Below, one piece after another: positions 38,256 through 47,833 of a stretch of DNA of 58,073 nucleotides; the stretch's first letter is position 1, and every line of letters begins with the position of its first letter. Origin of the DNA: a phage; the sequence record PZ445420.1. One strand, written 5' to 3'. The notes beneath the pieces were generated by a model. That model did no database searches, was not told where the DNA came from, and saw nothing but the letters and a program-made list of their open reading frames with translations. Made by a program: the position numbers and the translations under genes.

Positions 38256-38832
38256 TGAAATTTACCTTTGTGTGTTCCCGAACAAGAAGTTTTAACTTCC
38301 TAACCCAAGATTGCTGTTTCTCAATGTTAGCTTTCTTCGGTTTAGGAATAATGGATTTTGCTGTAGCTACTTTTAATTTATCGTAGTCCATGCGACGTCT
38401 ACCTGTTCGCATGTGCATACCCGCAATTTCATCACACTTGTCTTGTGCAAGACTACGGGAATCCATCCTACCTGAATGACCTTTAACATGACGGAACTGG
38501 AAACTAAGTCTATTCTCAACGATAGTATCCATGAACCATTTATATACTTGCTGCTCTTCTCCTCTCGGTGGACGTTTACCTTCGAACATATGGATAGCTG
38601 CTTTGCAATCCGTCTGGAACAATATAACGTCGTTTGTGTAGATAAGTCCAGCCTCTATACCGTGATATAAACCGTTAGCTACTGCAATACATTCAACTAC
38701 GGTATTATCTGTGTGACCATGTGCAGGGCCACCAAAAGCCTTCTTACCCCGTTTGGAGGCTACCCAAATCCCATAGCCTCCACATTTAGTACGGTGACAA
38801 AACGACGCATCCGATATTATTGTGATGAGCAT
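38242..38832 (-). CDS. ribonuclease H-like protein
   Basis: 196 aa; IISDASF...VECIAVANGL...LFQTDCKAAI...KGHSGRMDSRSLAQDKCDEIA pattern resembles RNase HI D-E-D-H/D arrangement. Confidence 0.5.
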   Translation of the reverse strand: MLITIISDASFCHRTKCGGYGIWVASKRGKKAFGGPAHGHTDNTVVECIAVANGLYHGIEAGLIYTNDVILFQTDCKAAIHMFEGKRPPRGEEQQVYKWFMDTIVENRLSFQFRHVKGHSGRMDSRSLAQDKCDEIAGMHMRTGRRRMDYDKLKVATAKSIIPKPKKANIEKQQSWVRKLKLLVREHTKVNFNGSI

Positions 38833-39324
38833 TTAACCCTTCTTAACAGCGATCTTAACCTGTGGAGAACCTGGAGTTGTGGTCACACATTCGTCAAAGA
38901 TCGCCAACTGTTCAGCTGTGAGCTTACGATATGCAGCCACACGGAGTTCTACTTTAGTTTCAGTAACTTCGTTGACATCCACACCAGCTTCAACAAGGTC
39001 TGGCAGAATCTGACTAAAGATTGCCTTATCGACTTTACGCGTATAAGGTTGAGTAACAACAAGATCATCACCTGTATCAAGTTTAATCTTGTTAGTATTT
39101 TCGTTAAGACCATCAGGAAAGAAGACGCTGACCACACTTTGGCGCAGTGCGCGTTCTTGCGCTTGTACTTTGGCCAATTCTTCTTTCTTAGAATACCACT
39201 TGTAAAGGAGCTCGTACTTCTGCTCTTCAGTTAAGTTCATTTCTGGTAGCTGGACCATGTTATTGCCCTCGTTGTTTGCTAACAGTGGTATAATACTTAG
39301 AATTAAATTCCTTGTAAATACCAC
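38833..39324 (-). CDS. hypothetical protein
   Basis: 163-aa ORF; real start may be internal (MVQLPEMN). Confidence 0.4.
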   Translation of the reverse strand: MVFTRNLILSIIPLLANNEGNNMVQLPEMNLTEEQKYELLYKWYSKKEELAKVQAQERALRQSVVSVFFPDGLNENTNKIKLDTGDDLVVTQPYTRKVDKAIFSQILPDLVEAGVDVNEVTETKVELRVAAYRKLTAEQLAIFDECVTTTPGSPQVKIAVKKG

Positions 39325-39333
39325 TAAATATGA

Positions 39334-39852
39334 TTACAACTTACCAGTAGAACCAAAACCTCCGCGGCCTGTTTCTTCTACAATACCAGAAACAATGCGC
39401 GTACGAACCAACTCCACAAGACGTGCCTGTGCAATACGTTCGCCAACCTGGACTGTATAAGGTTCACAAGAGTCGTTATGTAAACGTATCTTCAACTCAT
39501 CACGGTAATCATGATCAATGATACCAGTACAGTTACCTAAACGAATCCCGTGTTTAAATCCGTGACCGCTACGTGAATAAACTTCCAGGCCGTAACCATG
39601 AGGGATCTGTAGCTTAATACCCGTGCTGAACGTATACGCACGACCTGCATAGATAGTTACTGGCTTTGGTTCATCCGCATAGATATCAAAGCACATAGAA
39701 CCTGGAGTGGCAAATCGCGGCATTTGAGCAGTGTCCGTAAGGAGCTCCACGATTAGCTGTTGCACAGCGCCATCTTGAACCGCAATAGTACCTTTGACAG
39801 TTACATCTTTGATAATATTAGACATATCGTCTTTGTTAGTCATGTTTTTCAC
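39334..39852 (-). CDS. dut: dUTP diphosphatase
   Basis: 172 aa; C-terminal motif GRGGFGSTG plus RSG motif typical of trimeric dUTPases. Confidence 0.8.
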   Translation of the reverse strand: MKNMTNKDDMSNIIKDVTVKGTIAVQDGAVQQLIVELLTDTAQMPRFATPGSMCFDIYADEPKPVTIYAGRAYTFSTGIKLQIPHGYGLEVYSRSGHGFKHGIRLGNCTGIIDHDYRDELKIRLHNDSCEPYTVQVGERIAQARLVELVRTRIVSGIVEETGRGGFGSTGKL

Positions 39853-39991
39853 TCTCTTTATCAGACAGACGTTGTTCCCACTGTTGCTTTAACTGATAAT
39901 AACGATAAGCGTCCTCACCAGTTTCAGCTTCCCGTTGCATACGTTCACACCATTGAACAGGACTTTCCTCACAGCTCACTTCTTACACCTC

Positions 39992-40468
39992 CTAAGCGTG
40001 GCCGTTTCTCTTGATATATTCATAAGCATGTGATTTAAAGATCATGCGAAAATCCTCCAGGGATATTTCACATCTTGGAGGATCTTCTTTGTGATGTTTC
40101 GCTTCATCAGCGAAAAGCATGATAGGGTTCATATACAGGACTACGCGCCAGGGCTTTTTATTCTGACGGTACATAAGAACTGGAAACTTGTCTGCTTCCA
40201 ATGCACTCTTAACACACTGTGTCCACCATGTGTTAATTGATAACTGTTCCTGTCGTTTGACTTCCACCGCATAGAAACAGGTATTTGTAATGTCACAACC
40301 ACCTACAGCACTCTGATTTTGGTTACGTTGTGCTATGGGCTTTTCTGGATAAGTCATTCCAAGAGCGGCGTAAACTTCTTCGTAGATATCATTAAAGAAT
40401 TTGCAGATCTCACGCTCACCTGTTTGACCTTTAGTACGAGGATTAGCTCCCATGTTATAAATCTCCAT
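39992..40468 (-). CDS. PD-(D/E)XK-like nuclease (possible Holliday junction resolvase)
   Basis: 158 aa; GGCDI ... YAVEVKR arrangement resembles D...E-x-K nuclease core. Confidence 0.35.
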   Translation of the reverse strand: MEIYNMGANPRTKGQTGEREICKFFNDIYEEVYAALGMTYPEKPIAQRNQNQSAVGGCDITNTCFYAVEVKRQEQLSINTWWTQCVKSALEADKFPVLMYRQNKKPWRVVLYMNPIMLFADEAKHHKEDPPRCEISLEDFRMIFKSHAYEYIKRNGHA

Positions 40469-40478
40469 TCAAAAAATA

Positions 40479-40498
40479 GGGGGTACACAAGTACCCCC
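40479..40498 (-). terminator. hairpin/terminator immediately upstream of gene 39992..40468
   Basis: 8-bp stem GGGGGTAC/GTACCCCC with ACAA loop; on minus strand followed by TATTTTTTG. Confidence 0.45.
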
Positions 40499-40639
40499 GA
40501 AAGCGAAGCATATAATAGATAATAACATGTCAGCGAGAGGCAGCCTTCGAAAAGGGGTAATCTACCAACCACTCTCGCAAATAATGTTAACCTGTTTACG
40601 TGTTTGATTACAATACACGAATTCGTCAGAATTCACAGG

Positions 40640-40915
40640 TCATACCGTACATTTTTGCCAATGGCCCATAGAAAATGACAGCGAAGTACAGACAACTTCC
40701 AGCCCGTTATCGTCACGTACCACTGGCAAAGCTAGGCCGCTGCGGGCGTTATGTACAGTGCGGTGTACTCTATACACAGAGTTATGCGTAAAGCGCCGCG
40801 TGTTCGCGTTTGTGCAGCGTAATAACGCTCCGATATGTACAAGTGGAGCAGGCATAGTGAAGCCTATCATTAAATCCTTCTCTTTCTTATTAGGCTGGCG
40901 TACAGTTACATTCAT
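40640..40915 (-). CDS. hypothetical protein
   Basis: 91-aa ORF; ATGA start/stop overlap with upstream HTH ORF. Confidence 0.35.
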   Translation of the reverse strand: MNVTVRQPNKKEKDLMIGFTMPAPLVHIGALLRCTNANTRRFTHNSVYRVHRTVHNARSGLALPVVRDDNGLEVVCTSLSFSMGHWQKCTV

Positions 40916-41091
40916 TGTGTCGTCCCCTCATTTAAAGATTCCAGGCGCTCACCTAACAAAATGAGCGATTTAATTTGATGCGGTTTCTTACCAAGATGTT
41001 CAGCAATGTGGTTATAAGTAAAACCTTTCTCCCGCATACGATAAGCAGTAATAGCGGCATTGCGATTGCGGATATCGGTTTTCTTAGACAT
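40912..41091 (-). CDS. small helix-turn-helix DNA-binding protein (59 aa, MSKKTDIRNRNAAITAYRMREKGFTYNHIAEHLGKKPHQIKSLILLGERLESLNEGTTQ)
   Basis: Hand-translated; below ORF-track length cut-off; HTH-like segment FTYNHIAEHLGKKPHQIKSL. Confidence 0.35.
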   Translation of the reverse strand: MSKKTDIRNRNAAITAYRMREKGFTYNHIAEHLGKKPHQIKSLILLGERLESLNEGTTQ

Positions 41092-41156
41092 AATTAATTC
41101 CCTTGTTTACCTGCAAATAATATAACATGTGAAAAGAGTTGAATACTATGACCACA

Positions 41157-41357
41157 TTATTTATCTTTTACCTCCAGCTCCAGCTCTATGACATTCAAGA
41201 TTACAAGACCAGTCCAACAGTTCTGTTCACGAATCAGTTGTTCAACTTCACGGATGGTCTCAATGCGTATATCTGGCATAGTAACTTCTACATTACCGAA
41301 TCCCTGCTGGGATTGGTCTTTCACGAAGTGGTAGCTGACCATAAATTTTCTAGCCAT
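41157..41357 (-). CDS. hypothetical protein, paralogous to C-terminal domain of 42851..43414
   Basis: 66 aa; shares RKFMVSY...GFGNV...MPD...EVE...ILNVIELE pattern. Confidence 0.4.
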   Translation of the reverse strand: MARKFMVSYHFVKDQSQQGFGNVEVTMPDIRIETIREVEQLIREQNCWTGLVILNVIELELEVKDK

Positions 41358-41686
41358 TATTTTATTGCCTTAGTGAAATCTAAATTATTCAACTTATGGG
41401 CGAGCTTGGAAATAGCTTCATCATAGCCATCGTAATTACATTTAAGGTTCGCCATTTCAATGATAAGCTGAGCCATTTCACCTGCACATGCAAACGCACG
41501 AACGTTAGCAGCAAGTTCGTTCTGTTTCCGCGCATACGCATCCGCGTTGAAGTCATTTACATGGTCTTCCATACTGAACACAACCTGAGCGATAGCGCCA
41601 TGTTGAGGGGCGCTGATGCTGACATGGTTGTCCGCCCAACCTTCTTCAACTGTCCATTCTCCTGTACTACCATGAAATCTAGCCAT
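41357..41686 (-). CDS. hypothetical protein
   Basis: 109-aa co-oriented ORF. Confidence 0.4.
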   Translation of the reverse strand: MARFHGSTGEWTVEEGWADNHVSISAPQHGAIAQVVFSMEDHVNDFNADAYARKQNELAANVRAFACAGEMAQLIIEMANLKCNYDGYDEAISKLAHKLNNLDFTKAIK

Positions 41687-41771
41687 TCTTAGTCTCCTTA
41701 AAGGCTTTTAATACTTGCAATAAATATAACAGGCCCTGGTTAGGATTGTAAACAACAGGGCCACTTTATAT

Positions 41772-42263
41772 TCATTCTAATCTTTGTAAACCTTTATAAT
41801 TAATTTTTAATTCACACCACCAATCTGGTGCTAAATACTGACCAAGTGTATTCTTTTCCCAACCTCGATCAATTAATAAATTTAAAACTTCAGGTTTTAA
41901 CTTAGACGCAATTCTTTTCGGTACAAGTACGGTATATACATAATAGCAACCTTTATCTGTTTCGTTCCATCTTAGCAAACCAAGACGACAAAGTCGTCCA
42001 AGAATTCCGTTTGAGGGCCTGTTAAACGCTACACACAAATCAGTCATCACTAATTCTGAAGAAATAAGGTTGATAAGCTGAAGATCTTCCTCTAATCTCC
42101 ACTTTAAACCGGCATTACAACCATTACAATTTTCAGGTAAGTTACCGGCGTGCTTTACATAACGTTTAGCTTGATGTTGCTGGAATTTATTCCAGTTCTT
42201 CTCTTCTTTATCCATTTGTAGCACCCCTATTGGCCGACTATCAAGATGTGATTTAAAGCTCAT
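41772..42263 (-). CDS. hypothetical protein (Cys-containing)
   Basis: 163-aa ORF. Confidence 0.4.
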   Translation of the reverse strand: MSFKSHLDSRPIGVLQMDKEEKNWNKFQQHQAKRYVKHAGNLPENCNGCNAGLKWRLEEDLQLINLISSELVMTDLCVAFNRPSNGILGRLCRLGLLRWNETDKGCYYVYTVLVPKRIASKLKPEVLNLLIDRGWEKNTLGQYLAPDWWCELKINYKGLQRLE

Positions 42264-42407
42264 TACAACCCTTAACGAAATCTTTCGTCTAATTGAGATT
42301 CAGGAACGATACGAACTTTGGGCATCGTATGCACTTCATTTCCTTGTCGTAGTTTGAGCGGAAAGTATAAGGCTTCCATCCTAACACCTTGTATATTTTG
42401 CTGGGCA

Positions 42408-42644
42408 TTAGTGTAGATTCTCTTTAGGTTGTTCTTCGCTCGTCATAAGGTGAGCTAATACGCTACATGTGTTTGATTTCTGCCAGGCTTTCTCAATTTC
42501 ATCTAACGAGGATTCTGGTTTACATATGCGGTAGGCTTCTATAAAGGAATTCTGGGCTGCTTCAATGATTGCCAGAGACGCTAACACTCTTTCGTCTAGC
42601 ATCATCATTTCTTCACGTTTATTACACATATTATTTCTCCTCAA
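42408..42644 (-). CDS. hypothetical protein
   Basis: 78-aa ORF coupled to next gene. Confidence 0.35.
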   Translation of the reverse strand: MRRNNMCNKREEMMMLDERVLASLAIIEAAQNSFIEAYRICKPESSLDEIEKAWQKSNTCSVLAHLMTSEEQPKENLH

Positions 42645-42850
42645 TGTTTATCAGAAATTATACCTAGTTTATCTTCAATTATTTCAATTCGTGTGAATAA
42701 TCTATCAATATACTCGGACTTAGTATCTTCATCTATACGATGTGATTGATTAGAACCGCAATTCGGACAGATGTACTGGTTAGTCAACACTTCCCTCTGA
42801 GAAGGTCGATCCATACCAGCTTCGCATTCATCGCAGTATATAAAGGCCAT
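42641..42850 (-). CDS. small zinc-ribbon protein (CxxC...CxxC)
   Basis: 69 aa; CDEC...CPNCG. Confidence 0.4.
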   Translation of the reverse strand: MAFIYCDECEAGMDRPSQREVLTNQYICPNCGSNQSHRIDEDTKSEYIDRLFTRIEIIEDKLGIISDKH

Positions 42851-43414
42851 TTATTTCTCCAATTCAATAATGTTTAGAATAATCACCTTATCAACTTCAA
42901 TCTGTCCCTTGATTATTTTTTCAACTTCTTGAATTGACTCCATACTAACATCTGGCATAATCATACTTACATTTCCAAAACCTGGAGTAAGTAAACCAGC
43001 TTTACTAAAGCTATAAGACACCATGAATTTTCTACGGTTTTCGGTGACTTGCTCAGTCTGTTCACACTGGTTACATTGATCTCCCATAAATACAGGATCC
43101 TTTTCTGTTTCGTTAATACATTGGATAAGTTGATGTATAGTTACATCAACATAAATGTCACTACCCTGAAGCTCTTCTACGAATTGATCTTCGCAACGAA
43201 TCGGATTGTGCATAGTGCCAATTTCATAAACTTGAACATGAGGGATAAGTGGTAATAAATATATTCTTACCAGTTTTATCAGAATTTGGTGTGGATCCCT
43301 TTCATCTAAACCGATATTGTTATCCTCGCAAAAATAATCAACAATATCACCATCACCGAAACCAAACTTACTTGCTAAACTTGCAGCAAGAAGCCTTATA
43401 ACATTACCCTTCAT
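42851..43414 (-). CDS. hypothetical protein with C-terminal domain paralogous to 41157..41357
   Basis: 187 aa. Confidence 0.4.
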   Translation of the reverse strand: MKGNVIRLLAASLASKFGFGDGDIVDYFCEDNNIGLDERDPHQILIKLVRIYLLPLIPHVQVYEIGTMHNPIRCEDQFVEELQGSDIYVDVTIHQLIQCINETEKDPVFMGDQCNQCEQTEQVTENRRKFMVSYSFSKAGLLTPGFGNVSMIMPDVSMESIQEVEKIIKGQIEVDKVIILNIIELEK

Positions 43415-43428
43415 TTAAGCACCCCGAG

Positions 43429-43626
43429 TCAAAAGAACGTACCAGTAAGCACATACAACACAGCGTCGCGCAGTGTTGGTAACAAAGGTGAGCAGTTAGG
43501 AACGCTGTAGAATTTACGTGATCCCACTTTAACACTCACTATTGTAATAGAACGTTTATTGCGCTCTACTGCGTAGAGACCACCACCGAGACGACGGACT
43601 TTATATAGAGATTGATGCTTTTGCAT
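43429..43626 (-). CDS. hypothetical protein
   Basis: 65-aa ORF. Confidence 0.3.
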   Translation of the reverse strand: MQKHQSLYKVRRLGGGLYAVERNKRSITIVSVKVGSRKFYSVPNCSPLLPTLRDAVLYVLTGTFF

Positions 43627-43643
43627 GTTTTAACTCCTTTCTT

Positions 43644-43922
43644 TCATTTGCTGACACGTATGGCTCTACCTGTTAAGAAGGTGTATCCACAGTGCCGCAT
43701 TAAGTCACGTTCTTCTATTACACTTCGTAACTGGCGTGACAGCGTTTCATAGTAAGGACGGGCCTCGTTCTTACTAATAGCTAAAGCATAGGCGAACAGT
43801 TGCTCCGAGTCAATACGATTAGACTTGATTCTTTTGATTGCCTGCTCAATTCCTGGGAACTCTTCATCCTGGTATAGAGCACCGTACACAATTTTGATAG
43901 CTGCTAGATTGTAACTGGACAT
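43644..43922 (-). CDS. hypothetical protein
   Basis: 92-aa ORF. Confidence 0.35.
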   Translation of the reverse strand: MSSYNLAAIKIVYGALYQDEEFPGIEQAIKRIKSNRIDSEQLFAYALAISKNEARPYYETLSRQLRSVIEERDLMRHCGYTFLTGRAIRVSK

Positions 43923-44020
43923 TTAACCCTCGGACGTAAAATAATTCTTGATACCTATTGCATTCCTAAGGAAATGCTCTATAGTATGTATTATACAGTT
44001 TGTAAGCGGAGGAACACAAA

Positions 44021-44251
44021 ATGACTCACCAAGATCTTATAAAAAGAAACATCAGAACTGCAATGAACAAATCAGAGGAATTCTCACACAACTGTACTGA
44101 TGGCACTCATAAAATTAAATATGAATATATGGGATCCTCAACTGTGGTTACATTTGAGAAAGATGAGTATCACGTTGGAGATTTTTCAACACCAGATTAT
44201 GACGAGATGTTTGAATATGTTGCATGTGGGTTCTTAAAGTTACACGAATAA
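44021..44251 (+). CDS. hypothetical protein, lone plus-strand gene inside minus-strand block
   Basis: 76-aa ORF with GGAGG RBS, followed by bidirectional terminator. Confidence 0.4.
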   Translation: MTHQDLIKRNIRTAMNKSEEFSHNCTDGTHKIKYEYMGSSTVVTFEKDEYHVGDFSTPDYDEMFEYVACGFLKLHE

Positions 44252-44254
44252 TAT

Positions 44255-44281
44255 AATGGGCGCATATAGCGCCCATTTTTA
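44255..44281. terminator. bidirectional rho-independent terminator
   Basis: Perfect 9-bp stem AATGGGCGC/GCGCCCATT with ATATA loop, T-run on + strand and A/T run upstream. Confidence 0.6.
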
Positions 44282-46828
44282 TAACTTAATGACTTCGTTC
44301 ATTCTCTCAATGTCTACCAAATAACATTTCATTCTTGGTGGTACAAAATCAGGACCGAATAAACTTGAGAAGTCCATGGGTCTCATTTCGGCAAGAACTT
44401 CCATAGACATCAGACCATAAATTGTATTGTCTATGACCTGCAATATGTTGTCGTTTCTTGTCTGCTTGAATGCTTTAAATTGCCTACAATAAGTGCATAA
44501 ATCACTCCGTGTGACTATAAATGAGTCCTTAAACATTGGGAACCGTTTATACACGTAAGCCTTTACCTCCCCATCCAAGAACTTCTTGATAGAGTTGAGC
44601 ATTATTTTCTCACGACTTGTACTGTCCGTAGAACCGATTTGCCCACTGTTACGCTTCTCTAAGAAACGCTCGTTACCCTGATCGATAAATGACTCAGCCC
44701 AACGATAATGTTCCATAGTAACAACTGGTCGTTCACTGTTATCCGCAACAGCAAGAAGAGAAGCTATACGCAATACCTTCAACGCTTTCCTTGTGTACAT
44801 CTGACGAATTACTTCGTCTTGCACCTGCTCACCATCATTGCCGCTGTTCAGGAACTTCGCAACAACATTATCAAGATTATCAAAAGCTTCGTGTACCTCT
44901 GCTTCCATTTCAACATAGCATGGAGCAGTCCCTGACATAATACGCACAGCTTGTTTATAGATAGCTCCAATAGTGCGTAGAATTGCTTCTGGATATTCCA
45001 GGAGCATACTTTTATTCATCAACGGTCTGTCAGCTGTACATTCCCATGCGATAATACGGGACATGAAGCCACTCGACATCATGCGGTCATCAACGTTCCC
45101 GTAAAATTCATCCGGTGTCGTTTCACCTGCAAAACTATACGCCTTGACCTTACCGCCAGCAGTCGTATTATCTTTACTAGAGTGCTTTGAACCACCAGAG
45201 AAAGCATAGAAATGCCCCTTGTCATAAAGGGAAAGCATTTCATCCATAATGTCTTTAGCTTTACCGACTTCCATCTTACCGTTACGGAAAAACGCACCGA
45301 CTTCAGTCTTATAGTTAATGGATGAGCCACAAGACATAATGGACGTATCCATTATAACGTCCTTGCGCAATGCAGCATCAGACGCATAGGTACTTGTATC
45401 CAGGACACGTTCAATACCAAATATCTGCTGTCCATCTTGACCGCCATAATTGGATACTTGAGAAAGAATAGTTTCAATGTTAGAGCGAAACGCTTCTTTA
45501 CCAATACCAGAACGTGCAATTAATACAAAGTAGTTATTCAGACCGCTTCGTGTGACTGTGTTCCACGCTTTACCGCACATACCACTAAATAAAGCAAGAG
45601 CAGACAAAATACTAATGTCTTTAATAGGCAACAGGCTCGCTTTATACATATTACGTGCAACCTCGCCCATAAAGCCCGGAGGCCAAGCGAGACCGTCCGC
45701 CTGCTCTTCAGTGTAATTACCATCTGTGGTCAACACTTCTTCAGGTGGGCGTTCTGGTGTAGTTGCTTGACGTAGTTTTTCAGTGCGCTCTATAGCTGCA
45801 TTAACGTTATTCTGAACTATCTGCATAAGTCCCATAGATTTAACATGGGCATCATAGCGATAGTTGCGAATCATTCTATCCAGGTGATACGGACGTTTAA
45901 TTTTTTCACCAGGCAGACGACGGGAATCATCGTAACGACTACTCATTGGTGAATACATGAACAGACGTCTTACCTGGAAATTGTACTTACTCTTAAAGCA
46001 AAGAAAGTCAATTAATGCAAACTCTGCTTCAGACTGAGAAGGGAAACAACGTTCGCCAATAGAAGTATCAACTTCTTCAGCTCTCCAACGACCTTCCCAT
46101 AGCTGCTTAAACAATGTTCCGTTTTCTTGTTCGCACAACTGAATGTAGACATCCTGGTCTTCCATTGCATATGGGTCGTTACTAAAATCTTCTTCAGTAA
46201 GTTCCAGCATTTGGAAGCCATCAGACTCATTAATCTCACTCATCTCAGACATAAGTTGATGAATGAGATTAGCAATATACCCTTCGCTTTCACTGCCTGG
46301 AGCACCAGACACAGTGCGCGGAGTAATATCCCAGTGATCACCTGTACAAATAATGAAGCGATATTGTGAATACACTTCCACACCATCACGGCGCTTACCA
46401 GCCTGAGGGATGGAATAAATCCATGTATGCAGCCCATCTCCACTTCTGGAAATTTCCGTATAACTATGGAACGATTCAACAATTTTCTTATATCGCTCAC
46501 CAGCGACTTTCTTTTCCATTTCAGACATGGTGTCTTTAATATCCATGTCTATACAACAGAACGGGTCACTTGGAAGTAAATAGAAACCTAAACGCAGGTT
46601 ATGACCGATTTCATTATAGTAACGAACACAACGTTCAGCATCTTCAAAAGACATTAATAAATGCAGGTTAGACGGTTTCTTATCATTACCATCTTTACGA
46701 AGTGGGACCATATCCCCTAAATCATCGTCCCATACATAAGGTTGTTTTTCTGATGATGTACCTGGATGGAAACCGCAGACAGCCCACTGTTCGTATTGTT
46801 TAATTTCTTGAGGAAAAAGTTCCAGCAT
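44279..46828 (-). CDS. DNA primase-polymerase (AEP/PrimPol-type N-terminal domain) with large C-terminal domain
   Basis: 849 aa; CCIDMDIKD (DxD) and SGDGLHTWIY (sGxGxH) motifs typical of PrimPol domains. Confidence 0.55.
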   Translation of the reverse strand: MLELFPQEIKQYEQWAVCGFHPGTSSEKQPYVWDDDLGDMVPLRKDGNDKKPSNLHLLMSFEDAERCVRYYNEIGHNLRLGFYLLPSDPFCCIDMDIKDTMSEMEKKVAGERYKKIVESFHSYTEISRSGDGLHTWIYSIPQAGKRRDGVEVYSQYRFIICTGDHWDITPRTVSGAPGSESEGYIANLIHQLMSEMSEINESDGFQMLELTEEDFSNDPYAMEDQDVYIQLCEQENGTLFKQLWEGRWRAEEVDTSIGERCFPSQSEAEFALIDFLCFKSKYNFQVRRLFMYSPMSSRYDDSRRLPGEKIKRPYHLDRMIRNYRYDAHVKSMGLMQIVQNNVNAAIERTEKLRQATTPERPPEEVLTTDGNYTEEQADGLAWPPGFMGEVARNMYKASLLPIKDISILSALALFSGMCGKAWNTVTRSGLNNYFVLIARSGIGKEAFRSNIETILSQVSNYGGQDGQQIFGIERVLDTSTYASDAALRKDVIMDTSIMSCGSSINYKTEVGAFFRNGKMEVGKAKDIMDEMLSLYDKGHFYAFSGGSKHSSKDNTTAGGKVKAYSFAGETTPDEFYGNVDDRMMSSGFMSRIIAWECTADRPLMNKSMLLEYPEAILRTIGAIYKQAVRIMSGTAPCYVEMEAEVHEAFDNLDNVVAKFLNSGNDGEQVQDEVIRQMYTRKALKVLRIASLLAVADNSERPVVTMEHYRWAESFIDQGNERFLEKRNSGQIGSTDSTSREKIMLNSIKKFLDGEVKAYVYKRFPMFKDSFIVTRSDLCTYCRQFKAFKQTRNDNILQVIDNTIYGLMSMEVLAEMRPMDFSSLFGPDFVPPRMKCYLVDIERMNEVIKL

Positions 46829-46837
46829 GTTATTACC

Positions 46838-47074
46838 TTAAAACGTAGCGGGATTAATTTCAAATAACGAACGTGATGGTACAACATCAAAGTTGACATC
46901 TACCAGCTTAAAAGAATTCGTGTAAACACACCATGTACCGACTTTTTCATTAAAGACGGGCTTGTCATTATTAAATGCGTACACGCAACCATCAGAATCT
47001 GTTGCAATATATCTTGTGTCTTTTGGTACTTCTACATCTGAACCATAATAGTGAACGGTAATTAAATCTGACAT
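46838..47074 (-). CDS. hypothetical protein
   Basis: 78-aa ORF with GGAG RBS. Confidence 0.35.
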   Translation of the reverse strand: MSDLITVHYYGSDVEVPKDTRYIATDSDGCVYAFNNDKPVFNEKVGTWCVYTNSFKLVDVNFDVVPSRSLFEINPATF

Positions 47075-47106
47075 GTTATTCTCCTACGATCCATTAGGAC
47101 ACACAT

Positions 47107-47144
47107 AGTATATACTGATGGATCGCAGGGGGCTAACCCCCTGC
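47107..47144. promoter_or_regulatory. intergenic 10-bp perfect palindrome AGTATATACT plus GC hairpin GCAGGGGG-CTAA-CCCCCTGC
   Basis: Direct reading; lies between two minus-strand genes. Confidence 0.35.
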
Positions 47145-47147
47145 AAA

Positions 47148-47546
47148 TTATGGTACTAAGACCCAACGACAGGTGATAGGTTTACACGTTACTTGTTCTT
47201 TAGAGATAGTAATTCTATCCTTGAACATTATTCTCGGATAAAAATACTTCATGTAATTATCCGAATCTGTTTTACATTGTGCATTCAATATGCGAGAGCT
47301 GACAACAAATTTTAAATCCGCCCAATCCTCCATAGAATCAGAAAAAGATAAAATACGCCCATTTCCACGGACTTTAGCCGTTGACTCAACTGGTAGCCTG
47401 TGGTTAATATCACACGGTAAGTCTAAACCAACTAATCGCCCTTTGATTAATTTATCTACATTAAAAGAACCAATTTCCAAAGTATGGATATTCTGACCTT
47501 TAATTGGTTCTTCAAATTTAACATCAACAACGAGTTTGACTAACAT
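47148..47546 (-). CDS. hypothetical protein
   Basis: 132-aa ORF. Confidence 0.35.
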   Translation of the reverse strand: MLVKLVVDVKFEEPIKGQNIHTLEIGSFNVDKLIKGRLVGLDLPCDINHRLPVESTAKVRGNGRILSFSDSMEDWADLKFVVSSRILNAQCKTDSDNYMKYFYPRIMFKDRITISKEQVTCKPITCRWVLVP

Positions 47547-47561
47547 ATATTACCTTCACAA

Positions 47562-47831
47562 TCACCAGAAAATTTCTACACTTTCAGTATCCATCTGACT
47601 CAATGGTTGCTTATATGAGATTGTATATCCAAATGATACCAGTTGTTCAGTCACCTTTCTCATTACAGGTCGTGCATTAGGGCTACCAATTTCACTATAT
47701 GGCTTTTCAAATAATTTAATATGATCCCTGCCATCTAGAGACGCTTTAGTAATCCATTTATCCAAATCATCAAGGTATGCACTGGTATCCAAGTTTTCAC
47801 TATTTGTACGAGCTTCTTGTGCTGTGATCAT
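47562..47831 (-). CDS. hypothetical protein
   Basis: 89-aa ORF. Confidence 0.35.
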   Translation of the reverse strand: MITAQEARTNSENLDTSAYLDDLDKWITKASLDGRDHIKLFEKPYSEIGSPNARPVMRKVTEQLVSFGYTISYKQPLSQMDTESVEIFW

Positions 47832-47833
47832 AA

